A DNA stretch of 64,000 nt from a virus. Its lineage: Duplodnaviria; Heunggongvirae; Uroviricota; Caudoviricetes. A program made the translations under genes and the position numbers. The notes under the pieces are model-generated. The model saw only the letters and a list, made by a program, of their open reading frames with translations, was not told the DNA's origin and did no database searches. The stretch covers positions 39,062 to 103,061 of IMG/VR virus record IMGVR_UViG_3300021431_000077, one strand, 5' to 3'. Position 1 is the first letter of the stretch; each line of letters opens with the position of its first letter. Shown here piece by piece: positions 45,555 through 55,144 of the stretch.

Positions 45555-46076
45555 ATGGCAGTAAAACTACCAGATGACCCGAAACAGTTGAAATCCCTTT
45601 GTGAAAGGTATCAGAAGCAAGTCAAGGAACTTACGCAGAAGTGCGAACGAGAGAACCTAGCTTGGGGGATGGAGGAATACTATCTCACCCAGAAGATTCG
45701 TGACTTCGAGAAGCTCTGCGAGAACAACGACATTGGTTTCGACATCGTGAACGAGCTTGACAAAAAGCGTCGCCACATGCCAAGTGCAAAGAAAGAGCCT
45801 GTCACCGAGGAACAGTTCCTGTCGGTGTTCACTCATTACTACCCTCATGCCTATATCCACAATGTAGACGATGAGGACTTCGACGACATCTGGGTTCGAG
45901 CAAAGGGTTACTGGGAGGCCGACAGAATCCTGTACAGCCGTTCCGATAAGGAAATCCGCATGTGGAGAACCAAAGGCCAATATGACTACCATTTCAAGTC
46001 AATCAAGGAATTTGAATTCTGGTTAAGCAGAGCGCTGTTTAGAGACAGAGAATTTGAAAGAGAGAGCGATTTATGA
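45555..46076 (+). CDS. hypothetical protein (173 aa)
   Basis: ORF track; RBS ctaggag. Confidence 0.5.
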   Translation: MAVKLPDDPKQLKSLCERYQKQVKELTQKCERENLAWGMEEYYLTQKIRDFEKLCENNDIGFDIVNELDKKRRHMPSAKKEPVTEEQFLSVFTHYYPHAYIHNVDDEDFDDIWVRAKGYWEADRILYSRSDKEIRMWRTKGQYDYHFKSIKEFEFWLSRALFRDREFERESDL

Positions 46077-46276
46077 AAATAATTGAATACAAAAATCCAT
46101 TTGCCCCAGGCGGTGTTGAACAATTGACCGTCATTCGTGAAACCAAGACGCAGTACATTTGCAAGAACGACATCCGTTACCGTAAACCGAGCGAAGAAGT
46201 CGATGGATGCTCTGTTAAACAAGTGGGTGCCGACCGATGGGATATGTCTGCAACGCTTCGTATCACGGAGGACTAG
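46073..46276 (+). CDS. hypothetical protein (67 aa)
   Basis: ORF track. Confidence 0.4.
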   Translation: MKIIEYKNPFAPGGVEQLTVIRETKTQYICKNDIRYRKPSEEVDGCSVKQVGADRWDMSATLRITED

Positions 46277-46277
46277 A

Positions 46278-46688
46278 ATGACATCATCAGAAGAAATGCA
46301 CAAGGAATATGTAGAGCAGGCGGCAAAGAACATCAATTTCGAGTTCGTACCTGCATCGCTTAAATTTGATGGAAAGCATTGTACCATTCCCGAGCTTCAT
46401 TGGGAGCAGCAATGTAAAGATGTTCCACACGATGACCCACGAGCGTTCGGGTATCACGTGGGTTGTTTCCGTGCTCGTTTCGAGCGCAATCCTGCTACTC
46501 GCCGACTTGACACTTTGGTTCTCACGTTCGAGGAAATGACTTTCGAAGGGTTCCTTCACCCTGACGACAAAGTTCGTATCGACATGGACAAGGATGCATT
46601 TACCAGATTCCGTGTCACCTATGACCCTAAGACGGAAAAGTTGAAGCTCGACCGTCTGGAAGAAAATGTCCAAATCAAAAAGGAGTAA
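46278..46688 (+). CDS. hypothetical protein (136 aa)
   Basis: trimmed to MTSSEEM; RBS acggagg. Confidence 0.45.
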   Translation: MTSSEEMHKEYVEQAAKNINFEFVPASLKFDGKHCTIPELHWEQQCKDVPHDDPRAFGYHVGCFRARFERNPATRRLDTLVLTFEEMTFEGFLHPDDKVRIDMDKDAFTRFRVTYDPKTEKLKLDRLEENVQIKKE

Positions 46689-46693
46689 GCGAT

Positions 46694-47182
46694 ATGAAGA
46701 GCGCAGAAGCATTTATCAAATCAAAGTTTCCTGAAGCCTATGCTGCATATCAGCAGTATAAAAAAGAGGAAAAGGCAAAAGAAAAAGCAGCGGAAAAGAA
46801 ACGAATAGAAAAAGAGATGAAAAATCGAAAGGACTTTGAAGACTACCCGCTGTATTACTACTATGAAACGTCGTATCGTGGGCAGAACAGCATCAATTTA
46901 GACGACGCTTTTGAAAAGGTTGAAAACGCCGTTATTGACCCTGCTGGATTTAGCGGAGGAATGTCGTTCAAGGAATACCTTAATAAGGTTGCACATGAGA
47001 CCGAAGCTCATTTCTTCAAGCGCTGGTTTGATATTCTTACTGGTAAAAGCAATGAACTCGCCGATATAATCAGTGACTGCGACTATCGTGTGACGCAGAA
47101 TCCTGTTCATGATGGTATCAAGCTGTTCACCCGTGATGAAGTCAAGGAGTTCTTCCGCAAGGCAAAGTACAAGGACAAATAA
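46694..47182 (+). CDS. hypothetical protein (162 aa)
   Basis: ORF track. Confidence 0.45.
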   Translation: MKSAEAFIKSKFPEAYAAYQQYKKEEKAKEKAAEKKRIEKEMKNRKDFEDYPLYYYYETSYRGQNSINLDDAFEKVENAVIDPAGFSGGMSFKEYLNKVAHETEAHFFKRWFDILTGKSNELADIISDCDYRVTQNPVHDGIKLFTRDEVKEFFRKAKYKDK

Positions 47183-47183
47183 T

Positions 47184-47471
47184 ATGAAACGAGTAAAGGA
47201 ATATCTCGAAGAAATCAAGGTCCCCTACTCCGAGGAGAATGTCGATGGAATGACTGTGCTCAAACTCAGTTACCACGTGGACTTACTGTCAATCTTCCCT
47301 CCCGATGAAGGAAAGGATGAATTCCATGTAGTGACCGCCTACGACGGAAAGGTGCAGCAGTACGGTAAGATGAACCTTGATGACCTTAAAAAATGGCTCT
47401 ATGCCGTCTTCATAGAGGAGTCTCCTGATTATGTCTATGCGGATGAAGCGCCAAAAGAAATAATTAATTAA
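47184..47471 (+). CDS. hypothetical protein (95 aa)
   Basis: trimmed to MKRVKEY. Confidence 0.4.
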   Translation: MKRVKEYLEEIKVPYSEENVDGMTVLKLSYHVDLLSIFPPDEGKDEFHVVTAYDGKVQQYGKMNLDDLKKWLYAVFIEESPDYVYADEAPKEIIN

Positions 47472-47487
47472 ATTTGCAATATACCCC

Positions 47488-47515
47488 TTGCATTTTGAAA
47501 TAAAAATCCTATATT
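47488..47515 (+). promoter_or_regulatory. promoter TTGCAT-N16-TATATT
   Basis: seen in sequence. Confidence 0.4.
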
Positions 47516-47674
47516 TAGGAATGCAGTACGTTAGTGGTGAGAACACCTGGCTAGGGGCTGGGTGGTGGTTACCGTCGCGATGCGTGTATCGGCGGGATAG
47601 TTCATTCCACAAGGGCGGGGCGAGTATCAGGCGCATGACAAACTCCCGTCCGCAAACCTTTTAATGGAGATATT
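47516..47674 (+). other. GC-rich structured non-coding leader (~160 nt) between promoter and next gene
   Basis: no ORF; GC content far above surrounding AT-rich intergenic DNA. Confidence 0.3.
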
Positions 47675-47917
47675 ATGGATAAAGATTTCCTCGGTATCAT
47701 TGATGACATGGAACGTGGTTTTCAACACATCAATGTCTGCATTGAGCGTGACGATGATGGATATTGCCGTTGGACAAAGACTGATGTGCCAGACTTTTGG
47801 GAAACCATGAAGGAAGACAGGCCGAAGACAGCCGAGGAGAAACTCGAAGAGGCTGAATTCGTCGAGTGTGAAATCATCGAGGAAAACACTGCTGCTATCG
47901 GATATGAATCGGTTTAA
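47675..47917 (+). CDS. hypothetical acidic protein (80 aa)
   Basis: ORF track. Confidence 0.4.
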   Translation: MDKDFLGIIDDMERGFQHINVCIERDDDGYCRWTKTDVPDFWETMKEDRPKTAEEKLEEAEFVECEIIEENTAAIGYESV

Positions 47918-47992
47918 GGAGACTTCTATGGTAGATAATGGTTTCAACCTAGCTGAAACATTGCAATACAACCCGAAAATGAGGCAACAACT

Positions 47993-48214
47993 ATGACATA
48001 TGCCGAACTGAAAGAACTTGTCGAGACCATGGACGAAAACTACAATCCAGAGTACCTTGCCAACAAGGAAGTTGTAATCGAATACCGAGACAAGAACGGG
48101 CACTACCATTATTACGGCATCGGTGATTGGAAGTTCAACCAGTGCGGCGATGAGTCGATGGACTGCCTGTATCTTCGGTGCGACGACGATGTGCCATGCC
48201 TGGAGAAAACATAA
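47993..48214 (+). CDS. hypothetical protein (73 aa)
   Basis: ORF track; RBS aatgagg. Confidence 0.4.
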   Translation: MTYAELKELVETMDENYNPEYLANKEVVIEYRDKNGHYHYYGIGDWKFNQCGDESMDCLYLRCDDDVPCLEKT

Positions 48215-48225
48215 GGGGGTTGACG

Positions 48226-48591
48226 GTGCCGAGGATTGATTTGGACAAGCTCGCCGCTGAATACGGCCTCGAAATCGAAAAGAACGATGTCGGTCGCTAC
48301 AAGCAGTGGAAGGATGCAGAAGTCATGCTGTTTCTCCCAGGTCATGCGGGAACTCAGGCTATTGTCTGGGGAGAATATCCTCCAAAGGGAAGTATCGCCT
48401 ATGACGAGCCGTCTGACCTAAGCGTTTGGAGTAAGCTGGCTCCCGAAAAGGATGGCATTCTTCATTGGCATAAACACGAATGCTTGTTGAACGATACATT
48501 TAACGAACGCTATTTGCGTGAAGTAATCGAAAAATCTCTGAAAATCTACAATCAATATGCGAGAAAACAACATGGCCAAAAAGAAGAATGA
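48226..48591 (+). CDS. hypothetical protein (GTG start after RBS aagggggt; ORF extends to 48178)
   Basis: ORF track, trimmed. Confidence 0.4.
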   Translation: MPRIDLDKLAAEYGLEIEKNDVGRYKQWKDAEVMLFLPGHAGTQAIVWGEYPPKGSIAYDEPSDLSVWSKLAPEKDGILHWHKHECLLNDTFNERYLREVIEKSLKIYNQYARKQHGQKEE

Positions 48592-48766
48592 ATCTCCTGT
48601 CGTCTACATGCTTACAGGCATCATTCCTTACTCTGGTAGGGACCGCTCGGTAATCAATGTCTATCTTGACGAAGATAAGGCGAACAAGCGTTATGAAGAA
48701 TTGCGTAATGAGAGTAACTGTACTTACATCGATGTGCAGATGGACACTTATGAGGTTGATGAATAA
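48572..48766 (+). CDS. hypothetical protein (64 aa)
   Basis: ORF track, trimmed. Confidence 0.35.
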   Translation: MAKKKNESPVVYMLTGIIPYSGRDRSVINVYLDEDKANKRYEELRNESNCTYIDVQMDTYEVDE

Positions 48767-48781
48767 GGTCTGAGGTAAAAT

Positions 48782-49159
48782 ATGACAAAAGAAAATGATG
48801 AAATTGTATGCGTCCCTCTGTCCAAGCTTCTTGTTACCGACAAGAAGCCGTATCGGGTTCAGGTTGAACAGCCAGTGTTTGCTGACGATTGGGAGACGCA
48901 GGGCGTAGACTGCTCGGAGGTTCCTTCTGTAATCAAGCCAGACATGGATGGGCCTGCCCTAGCAAAGGTTGCAATAAGCCTTCGTAGAGAAGCGAAAGCT
49001 TGGCTCAAAAGCAATAAGAATCTGACTGACAATGGTGCAAAGCTGTTTGCAAAGAACTTTGCATGTGCTATCAAGGCTGCTATTAACGCCACTTACAATA
49101 ACAAGGACCTTGCAGAAATTATTGCTAAGGAAGGATTTCAACTTAACAACAAGGAGTAA
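48782..49159 (+). CDS. hypothetical protein (125 aa)
   Basis: ORF track. Confidence 0.45.
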   Translation: MTKENDEIVCVPLSKLLVTDKKPYRVQVEQPVFADDWETQGVDCSEVPSVIKPDMDGPALAKVAISLRREAKAWLKSNKNLTDNGAKLFAKNFACAIKAAINATYNNKDLAEIIAKEGFQLNNKE

Positions 49160-49161
49160 TT

Positions 49162-49341
49162 ATGGGACTTTTTTCTAGTGCTTTTAACCTTATTGCAGAC
49201 ACTGCGGATTCCGTTGTCGATGTTGCCTCCTCCGCAACAAAGGCAGGAGCCCGTGGTGTAAAGAGAGTTGCAAATGATGCAGAAAAGCTTGCAAAAGATG
49301 TTGTTGACCCCTTTCACATTTTTCACGATGACGAGGACTAG
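49162..49341 (+). CDS. small hypothetical protein (59 aa), not in ORF track
   Basis: RBS caaggag 7 nt upstream. Confidence 0.4.
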   Translation: MGLFSSAFNLIADTADSVVDVASSATKAGARGVKRVANDAEKLAKDVVDPFHIFHDDED

Positions 49342-49345
49342 ACAC

Positions 49346-49810
49346 ATGAACAACGAAGCAAAGATGGATGCCACGTACACAAAGGCAAAGCACCATGACA
49401 GTGACCCGAACCACGATGCGCAGTGGGAAAACGACGGTATCAAGCAACTGGAAGTTTCTGACATTCCTCAGATAACGCTTTCCATGAAGAACGCTTTGCA
49501 TAAATTCAATTACAAGGCGGTGTGCGATTTCATGGCCCGTGAGTATGACCTGAACATTTTGAACCCAGATGCATTAAAGTCGTTTGTGTATGAGAATGCT
49601 ATGAACGCTATTGCGAATCTATCCAAAATAATTATAGACGGGGCTTCCCACCCTCCAAGGGAATTTTGGCTTGATGAAACATGGCTTCAAGCAGACATTG
49701 CGTTCACCCTTCCGATTCATTGCCGCATCAGGCAATATCATGAAGAACCGTTGAAGGTCATCTTGGAATTCATCCCGTTCGCATCAGAAATGTCCATCGA
49801 AAGGCGATAA
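49346..49810 (+). CDS. hypothetical protein (154 aa)
   Basis: trimmed to MNNEAKM. Confidence 0.45.
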   Translation: MNNEAKMDATYTKAKHHDSDPNHDAQWENDGIKQLEVSDIPQITLSMKNALHKFNYKAVCDFMAREYDLNILNPDALKSFVYENAMNAIANLSKIIIDGASHPPREFWLDETWLQADIAFTLPIHCRIRQYHEEPLKVILEFIPFASEMSIERR

Positions 49811-49811
49811 T

Positions 49812-50015
49812 ATGGATAATATGGCATCGACGTATCAAGAACAGCTCCGACTGGCGGATATTTATGCGTCCGAAAATAGTTGGAATGATACCGACTGGCA
49901 GAAGGTTTATAACTGGTTGAAAGAAAACCAGAGGGAAATCGACAAGAAAACAGTACGCAGTTTATGTAAATCAGCAGACGAATCCGAAGACATAATTTGG
50001 ACACTGGGGCTCTAA
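49812..50015 (+). CDS. hypothetical protein (67 aa)
   Basis: ORF track. Confidence 0.4.
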   Translation: MDNMASTYQEQLRLADIYASENSWNDTDWQKVYNWLKENQREIDKKTVRSLCKSADESEDIIWTLGL

Positions 50016-50392
50016 TGAAAAAGAAAAGCACGACACTTACTTTATCCTTGAAGCGGAAATGGTTCGACCTCATCAAGAGTGGGGTCAAGCTTGAGGAATA
50101 TCGGGAATACAACCCGTATTGGTGCGCCCGTTTCTTTGTCAAAGAACCTGGGTTCAAGGACTGGGTTCATGTCCGTATAGACTACACGGAACTTGTCTTC
50201 ACCTTGGGCTATCCGAAGAAGGATGACATGTCCCGCAGGCTCGTATTCAAGAATCCTCGCATCATGATTAGGACGGGTAAGCCAGAATGGGGTGCCGAAC
50301 CAGGTAAACCCTATTTCGTAATCACATGGGATGCTCCAAATGCCGAAGAGAAAAGTGTTTCCACTGACAATTTATGCGAAGAACCAGTTTAA
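50015..50392 (+). CDS. hypothetical protein (125 aa)
   Basis: trimmed to MKKKSTT. Confidence 0.45.
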   Translation: MKKKSTTLTLSLKRKWFDLIKSGVKLEEYREYNPYWCARFFVKEPGFKDWVHVRIDYTELVFTLGYPKKDDMSRRLVFKNPRIMIRTGKPEWGAEPGKPYFVITWDAPNAEEKSVSTDNLCEEPV

Positions 50393-50466
50393 ACCGCCGT
50401 ATTCATGCATATACGACCAGTTAGAAACCGTGTTCATCAGAATAAAAGTTCCAAAGAAGGTGAAAT

Positions 50467-50703
50467 ATGATTGATTTACCGAAAGGCGAGCCTACTGAAC
50501 AGGAAACCCGTGAACTTACCGAGATGTTTCCTAAGCTTTATCCTGCCCTCAGGAAAAAGATAGAGGAAAGCCGCCCGAAAACTCACGAGGATTGGATTAA
50601 ATTTGCCAAATGGCATGATGAATTCATCAAGAACATGCCGTCGGTAAAGCCGATTGAACCTAATCCAGATTGCCATTTTAAGTTTAGAATGGTAAGAAAA
50701 TAA
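50467..50703 (+). CDS. hypothetical protein (78 aa)
   Basis: ORF track. Confidence 0.4.
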   Translation: MIDLPKGEPTEQETRELTEMFPKLYPALRKKIEESRPKTHEDWIKFAKWHDEFIKNMPSVKPIEPNPDCHFKFRMVRK

Positions 50704-50727
50704 AACCCGATGATAATAGGAGTACCT

Positions 50728-51072
50728 ATGGCTACCAACAGTGAATACCTTCATGCTATATTGTTCTCTGGAATGCTGGATAGATTGACGCCAGTCCAGA
50801 TGACCAATTTCATGAAGAACGCTTCCGAGCATATCCCGAAGTATGTATACAAGTACAAAAAAGTTGTCGGAAATCCGCCAACTGCTGAACACACTCAAAT
50901 CGTAGTAACGAAACGCTACGAACTGGAAAAGGTTAGCAAGTACACAGTCCTCCACTGCATGGAAAGCCAGATGAGGGCTACCGAAAACCTTCCCGCATGT
51001 AAGGCTTTGCCTATGTTGAAATATGCTATCGACGAGTTTGAAAAGGAACACGAAGGTGGCAAGGATGAGTAA
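50728..51072 (+). CDS. hypothetical protein (114 aa)
   Basis: trimmed; RBS taggagtacc. Confidence 0.45.
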   Translation: MATNSEYLHAILFSGMLDRLTPVQMTNFMKNASEHIPKYVYKYKKVVGNPPTAEHTQIVVTKRYELEKVSKYTVLHCMESQMRATENLPACKALPMLKYAIDEFEKEHEGGKDE

Positions 51073-51769
51073 GAAGTTTGTTCGTTCAAGTCCGTTCCTG
51101 AAACAGAGCGAGATTTCTGAGAATTTCCATGGGCAGGAAGTGTATAAGTCTGGCCCATGGCATCCGTATTATCGTTATGAGGAGCGTGATGAACTTGGAA
51201 GACTTACTGGGGTCTACTACGCTGATGAACACAGGAAGCCAAGACCGAGGACACTCGTAGTCAAGTATTCCGATGACAGCAAGCGCCCGTATGCAATATG
51301 GTTCTGCTATGATGGCTCCGAAGAAATGCACTTCTGCTTTAAGTACAAGAAAAACGGAGACCTTGACACGATTTACTTCTGGGGTGACGGTGGTAATACA
51401 TGCAACGAGTTTCATTACAAAAAAGCGATAGAGACAAATACGGTTAAAACAGGTCGTCGAGTTACATACAAAGAGAGTTGGCCAGCAATCACAATCAACG
51501 GCCATACTGCATTGTTCCTCCGTGAACTGCCAGACATGACCAAGGTTGCTGGGTTCTACTATACCCACGAGAAAGACCCTTACTATCCCCAGACACTAAT
51601 TGAAAACGACTGGGCAATCCACGACTGGCTAGGTATCAGTGCAGAAACCCTGTACGACGAGTACCCGAAGAAAAAGCCACGTCCCTTTGACCCTAAAGTG
51701 GACGGATATTGGGTAAGGAAGATGATGGAAATACAGAACGCAATTAACAGGCAACAACTTGGAGAATGA
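51065..51769 (+). CDS. hypothetical protein (234 aa)
   Basis: trimmed to MSKKFVR. Confidence 0.45.
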   Translation: MSKKFVRSSPFLKQSEISENFHGQEVYKSGPWHPYYRYEERDELGRLTGVYYADEHRKPRPRTLVVKYSDDSKRPYAIWFCYDGSEEMHFCFKYKKNGDLDTIYFWGDGGNTCNEFHYKKAIETNTVKTGRRVTYKESWPAITINGHTALFLRELPDMTKVAGFYYTHEKDPYYPQTLIENDWAIHDWLGISAETLYDEYPKKKPRPFDPKVDGYWVRKMMEIQNAINRQQLGE

Positions 51770-52205
51770 TATGTCAATGAAACCGATGGGAAAAATTAAA
51801 TTTATGCATCGTTTGTTAACCGACCTGATGGCAGACTGTATGTTCGTCATGTGGTTTGGAATGGTGCTTGATACCATACTGGTAGTCTATGCGTTGCTAA
51901 CTGGAGTGGATATGATTGTGTATCCAAGCAGGGCTAGCACGCTCCGTATATTATTTGCCGTATATGGAGGACTAAACGCAATCTTTCTTATCATGACCTA
52001 CTGTTTTATTCTGGAACCGCATGAGCGAGAGTATACCCATGCAGAACGGCATGAGCAATATGGCAAGGCGCTAAAACCGATGCTTGTGCTATGGCCGCTT
52101 GCATTGCCTATGTGGGCAGGGTTCATCGTCTCGATGATTGTCAGCGGTTTCGGATGGCTCATATACACAGGTTACAAAACGCTTGAAACCAAATTGCTTA
52201 AATAG
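51759..52205 (+). CDS. multi-pass membrane protein (start may be 51771)
   Basis: ORF track. Confidence 0.45.
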   Translation: MENDMSMKPMGKIKFMHRLLTDLMADCMFVMWFGMVLDTILVVYALLTGVDMIVYPSRASTLRILFAVYGGLNAIFLIMTYCFILEPHEREYTHAERHEQYGKALKPMLVLWPLALPMWAGFIVSMIVSGFGWLIYTGYKTLETKLLK

Positions 52206-52213
52206 AGGTTGGT

Positions 52214-52672
52214 ATGTTAAAATTTTACATCGAATCTATCAAATTCGTATGGACATGGACTAAGAAATTCCTGCTTGCAATTACCGTTTTGCTCCCAGGC
52301 ATCATCTTCCTGATATACATGTTTGTTGCAAATATGCCAGATGTAGGGATAATCCCAGGCCTCCTCGTAATTGCCGCTATTGCACTGTGGGCCCCAATTC
52401 CTCTGCGCCCGTTCTTCTTTCAAGGTCAGAAATTGATTGAATGCTATGTAACAATGTTTGGGGCGATAGGTATTGCGATTGCGTTCATCCTTGTCTTTTT
52501 CGGGTGGCTTGTGTGGTTGCTCCTTCCTATCCTAACTGGATTGGTTATAAGCGCCGTGTTGAACCGTGAACCTAGACCACTTGAATGCGTAGTAACAATA
52601 GTATTCAACATTGTTTGGGGCCCAGGTGCTCATTACGTGTATCAAAAGCTACTTGACAAAGTACTTAAATAA
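52214..52672 (+). CDS. multi-pass membrane protein
   Basis: ORF track. Confidence 0.45.
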   Translation: MLKFYIESIKFVWTWTKKFLLAITVLLPGIIFLIYMFVANMPDVGIIPGLLVIAAIALWAPIPLRPFFFQGQKLIECYVTMFGAIGIAIAFILVFFGWLVWLLLPILTGLVISAVLNREPRPLECVVTIVFNIVWGPGAHYVYQKLLDKVLK

Positions 52673-52693
52673 TACTATATTCAATAGAGCAGA

Positions 52694-52768
52694 TGCCCCG
52701 TAGCTCAATGGACTTAGAGCGTCGCTCTCCGAAGGCGAAGGTTACGAGTTCGACCCTCGTCGGGACAA
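52694..52768 (+). tRNA. tRNA-Arg (anticodon CCG)
   Basis: hand-folded cloverleaf: acceptor TGCCCCG/CGGGACA (one A-C mismatch), D-arm GCTC-AATGGACTTA-GAGC, anticodon arm TCGCT-CTCCGAA-GGCGA, T-arm ACGAG-TTCGACC-CTCGT. Confidence 0.75.
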
Positions 52769-52879
52769 CTAAAAGGGTAGGGACCCCTGAAGGGTGCATT
52801 TTCGATAAGATTTCCCAATCCATCCGAACCAAACACTTGCACCTGGGTCCTGCCCTTAATCTTTTAAAATGGAGAAACC

Positions 52880-53599
52880 ATGGAACTGCATCACAAGATA
52901 ATCGAAGTTCTTAAACAGGAATTTCCTGCCTTGGTAATTCCCGAGATTCAGGAAGGATTTGCCATAAGCATTGGTGTGTTGATTGAAAGGCTGTCGCCTG
53001 ACTCACAAAACCCAGTGAAGTATATGGAGTTTGCCTACTGCTCGGCAACAGGAGATTTCACTTACATTCCTATCCTACTGTCGGAATCTGGCATAGGTCA
53101 CCCGACAACCGTAGAAGAGTTTCAATCGCAAATTCAGTGGGCCAAGGAACACGGCCCCTTCAATGTGAAGACTTCTGTAACGCACGGTGGCCCTTCAATC
53201 ACTGTCTACAACAAAGTCGCTGTCAATTTAAACAACAATTTCGTTCAGGAAACTTTCCTCGATGACGAAATCAATTTGGCATTGTCCAGAGCCAACGATA
53301 AATTCGGTGTAGAAGTCTCCGACGACAAGTCTAAAATCAAGGTGTACCCGAAGGATAAGGACTCCCTTGATGACCCTCTCCTTCTCACGGTTGAACACCA
53401 TATCAAGTTCCCGACAGACAAGATGTGGCATATTGAACTTCTTACCAATATGCACAACATTGGCTCTGACCCTCACAATGACCCGAGCAATCACGTAAGA
53501 TGGTCTGGAATCCCTCTTAGCGACATGCTCGACAAGATATTCGGGATTTTTGAAGACGATGTATATAAAGCAATTCCAGCCGCAGGAACCCCGAGGTAA
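52880..53599 (+). CDS. hypothetical protein (239 aa)
   Basis: ORF track. Confidence 0.5.
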   Translation: MELHHKIIEVLKQEFPALVIPEIQEGFAISIGVLIERLSPDSQNPVKYMEFAYCSATGDFTYIPILLSESGIGHPTTVEEFQSQIQWAKEHGPFNVKTSVTHGGPSITVYNKVAVNLNNNFVQETFLDDEINLALSRANDKFGVEVSDDKSKIKVYPKDKDSLDDPLLLTVEHHIKFPTDKMWHIELLTNMHNIGSDPHNDPSNHVRWSGIPLSDMLDKIFGIFEDDVYKAIPAAGTPR

Positions 53600-53602
53600 A
53601 TT

Positions 53603-54268
53603 ATGTCCTATACAGTACAGGAACTTGCAGACAAGTTTAGGTTTGCAGCAATGAAGTTCATCAACGATAAGGAACTCGATGCAAAACAAAAGAAAATAAA
53701 CGCAGAGACTCGATACGGCAATGCTTACAAGAAAATGCTTGAATGTAAGCCAATGTTCGCCGATGTGCAAACTCTTGCGAACAGCCTGTATGATTACCTC
53801 CATGTAACTCACAAAAGGCTTGACTATTGTTCTGAAGAATTGTATCAGGCCAGTTACAATAAGGGATTTCTCAGCATAGGAAGGAACTATTTCATTTACA
53901 ACTGCGTTCCTATTGACAAGAACCTCTATAATGGCAGTTTTCAGGCTATCCTCATCAGTTATGGCGACGGTTCAATTAACAGGGCTAGCTTGACCGACTA
54001 TGGTGGAACCAAGGAAGACTATGCAAATATAGTTAACCCAGATTATGTATACATTATCGAAGACCCGAAGAAGTTTGTCGAGGAATGTCAGAATCCAGAT
54101 GGTGACGTATATGCCAGCCATTGCTTCTCTAAACTGGATTACTTTAGTGAGGCACTGGAACAAATCCCTGAAAGGATAGATGCGTTGTTCAAGTTTGCAA
54201 ACGCTTTTGCTGACACAGTTGACGGCAATGTTGCAATGGCTGCATACATGGCGAAATACAGAAAATAA
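53603..54268 (+). CDS. hypothetical protein (221 aa)
   Basis: ORF track. Confidence 0.5.
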   Translation: MSYTVQELADKFRFAAMKFINDKELDAKQKKINAETRYGNAYKKMLECKPMFADVQTLANSLYDYLHVTHKRLDYCSEELYQASYNKGFLSIGRNYFIYNCVPIDKNLYNGSFQAILISYGDGSINRASLTDYGGTKEDYANIVNPDYVYIIEDPKKFVEECQNPDGDVYASHCFSKLDYFSEALEQIPERIDALFKFANAFADTVDGNVAMAAYMAKYRK

Positions 54269-54280
54269 TTGCAAAATCCC

Positions 54281-54309
54281 TTGACAGAACTTTCGTTCTT
54301 TTCTATATT
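54281..54309 (+). promoter_or_regulatory. promoter TTGACA-N17-TATATT driving non-coding region
   Basis: seen in sequence. Confidence 0.55.
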
Positions 54310-54625
54310 GTATGATACGGCACGGGGGCAACCCCGTGGTAACAGTGAAGCAAGCCTGTAGATTGCGGGCTAAATAGCTGTTCGCCACCCCACAGGCGTG
54401 TGGATGGGGCGGTCGGAGTCGGACCGTATGAGCGACCAAGGTTCAGCCCGTCACCTAGAAATGGGGCCAGTTGACGCTTTGCGAGTTTCGATGATACACC
54501 ATCATGATGGTCTGATGTGAAAACTCGTAGCACTTGCGACGACTAGACTTACCCTCGGGGTAAGCTGAATGCCGCAGCGTATCCCCCCTACGCTTAGCCT
54601 AATCAGCAGGGGGTTTCTTTTTATT
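54310..54625 (+). ncRNA. candidate structured non-coding RNA (~315 nt) ending in terminator-like hairpin CCCCCT...AGGGGG + T-run
   Basis: no credible ORF; GNRA-capped hairpin CACGGGG-gcaa-CCCCGTG, 7-bp helix CGAGTTT...AAACTCG enclosing palindrome CCATCATGATGG; GC-rich. Confidence 0.4.
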
Positions 54626-54639
54626 CAGAGTAAGTCAAA

Positions 54640-55140
54640 ATGGAAGAAGTTTATCAAGTTTCATCTGTTCCTGTCATGGGCATCTGGTGCGCCTACAAGC
54701 TTGCGCCACTCTACCCGTTCTTCTCATCGTTCAATGTCTCGGAAGCGAAACACGGTCAGAACTCTGTTAAAATCCTCTCCACCGAAAGGGGAAAATTCAG
54801 TCAGAAAGGAACTATTCACCGCAGGATTAACCCGAACGACCTACTCAATTCCCACCAAATCGAGGTGGACATCCCGTACGAATACAGAATAAAGTTCCAG
54901 CTCGAAGACGGAACACTCCAGACAGTCTACACCAATGCCGACGAGGCAGGCTGCCTTCTCCGTCTCATGTCCTCCCAAGAGAATATCGACAAATTCAGGA
55001 AGCTTGCTCTCAAAGGCTATTGGGCGGCTGCTATGACAGCTCTCATGGGTGAAGAAGTTGTTGAAAAATCCTACATCAGCATGGCCGACAAGGAAAATCT
55101 TGAAGCGCTTTCTAAATTGGCTGCTAATAAAGTGGATTAA
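54640..55140 (+). CDS. hypothetical protein (166 aa)
   Basis: ORF track. Confidence 0.45.
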   Translation: MEEVYQVSSVPVMGIWCAYKLAPLYPFFSSFNVSEAKHGQNSVKILSTERGKFSQKGTIHRRINPNDLLNSHQIEVDIPYEYRIKFQLEDGTLQTVYTNADEAGCLLRLMSSQENIDKFRKLALKGYWAAAMTALMGEEVVEKSYISMADKENLEALSKLAANKVD

Positions 55141-55144
55141 GTTT

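Noticed and set aside
52693-52914. 73-aa ORF MPRSSMDLERRSPKAKV...
   Set aside because: It overlaps the tRNA-Arg(CCG) gene almost exactly and is a translation artefact of the tRNA.
54303-54533. 76-aa minus-strand ORF
   Set aside because: Lies within the structured non-coding region and has no RBS; more likely a chance ORF in GC-rich RNA gene.
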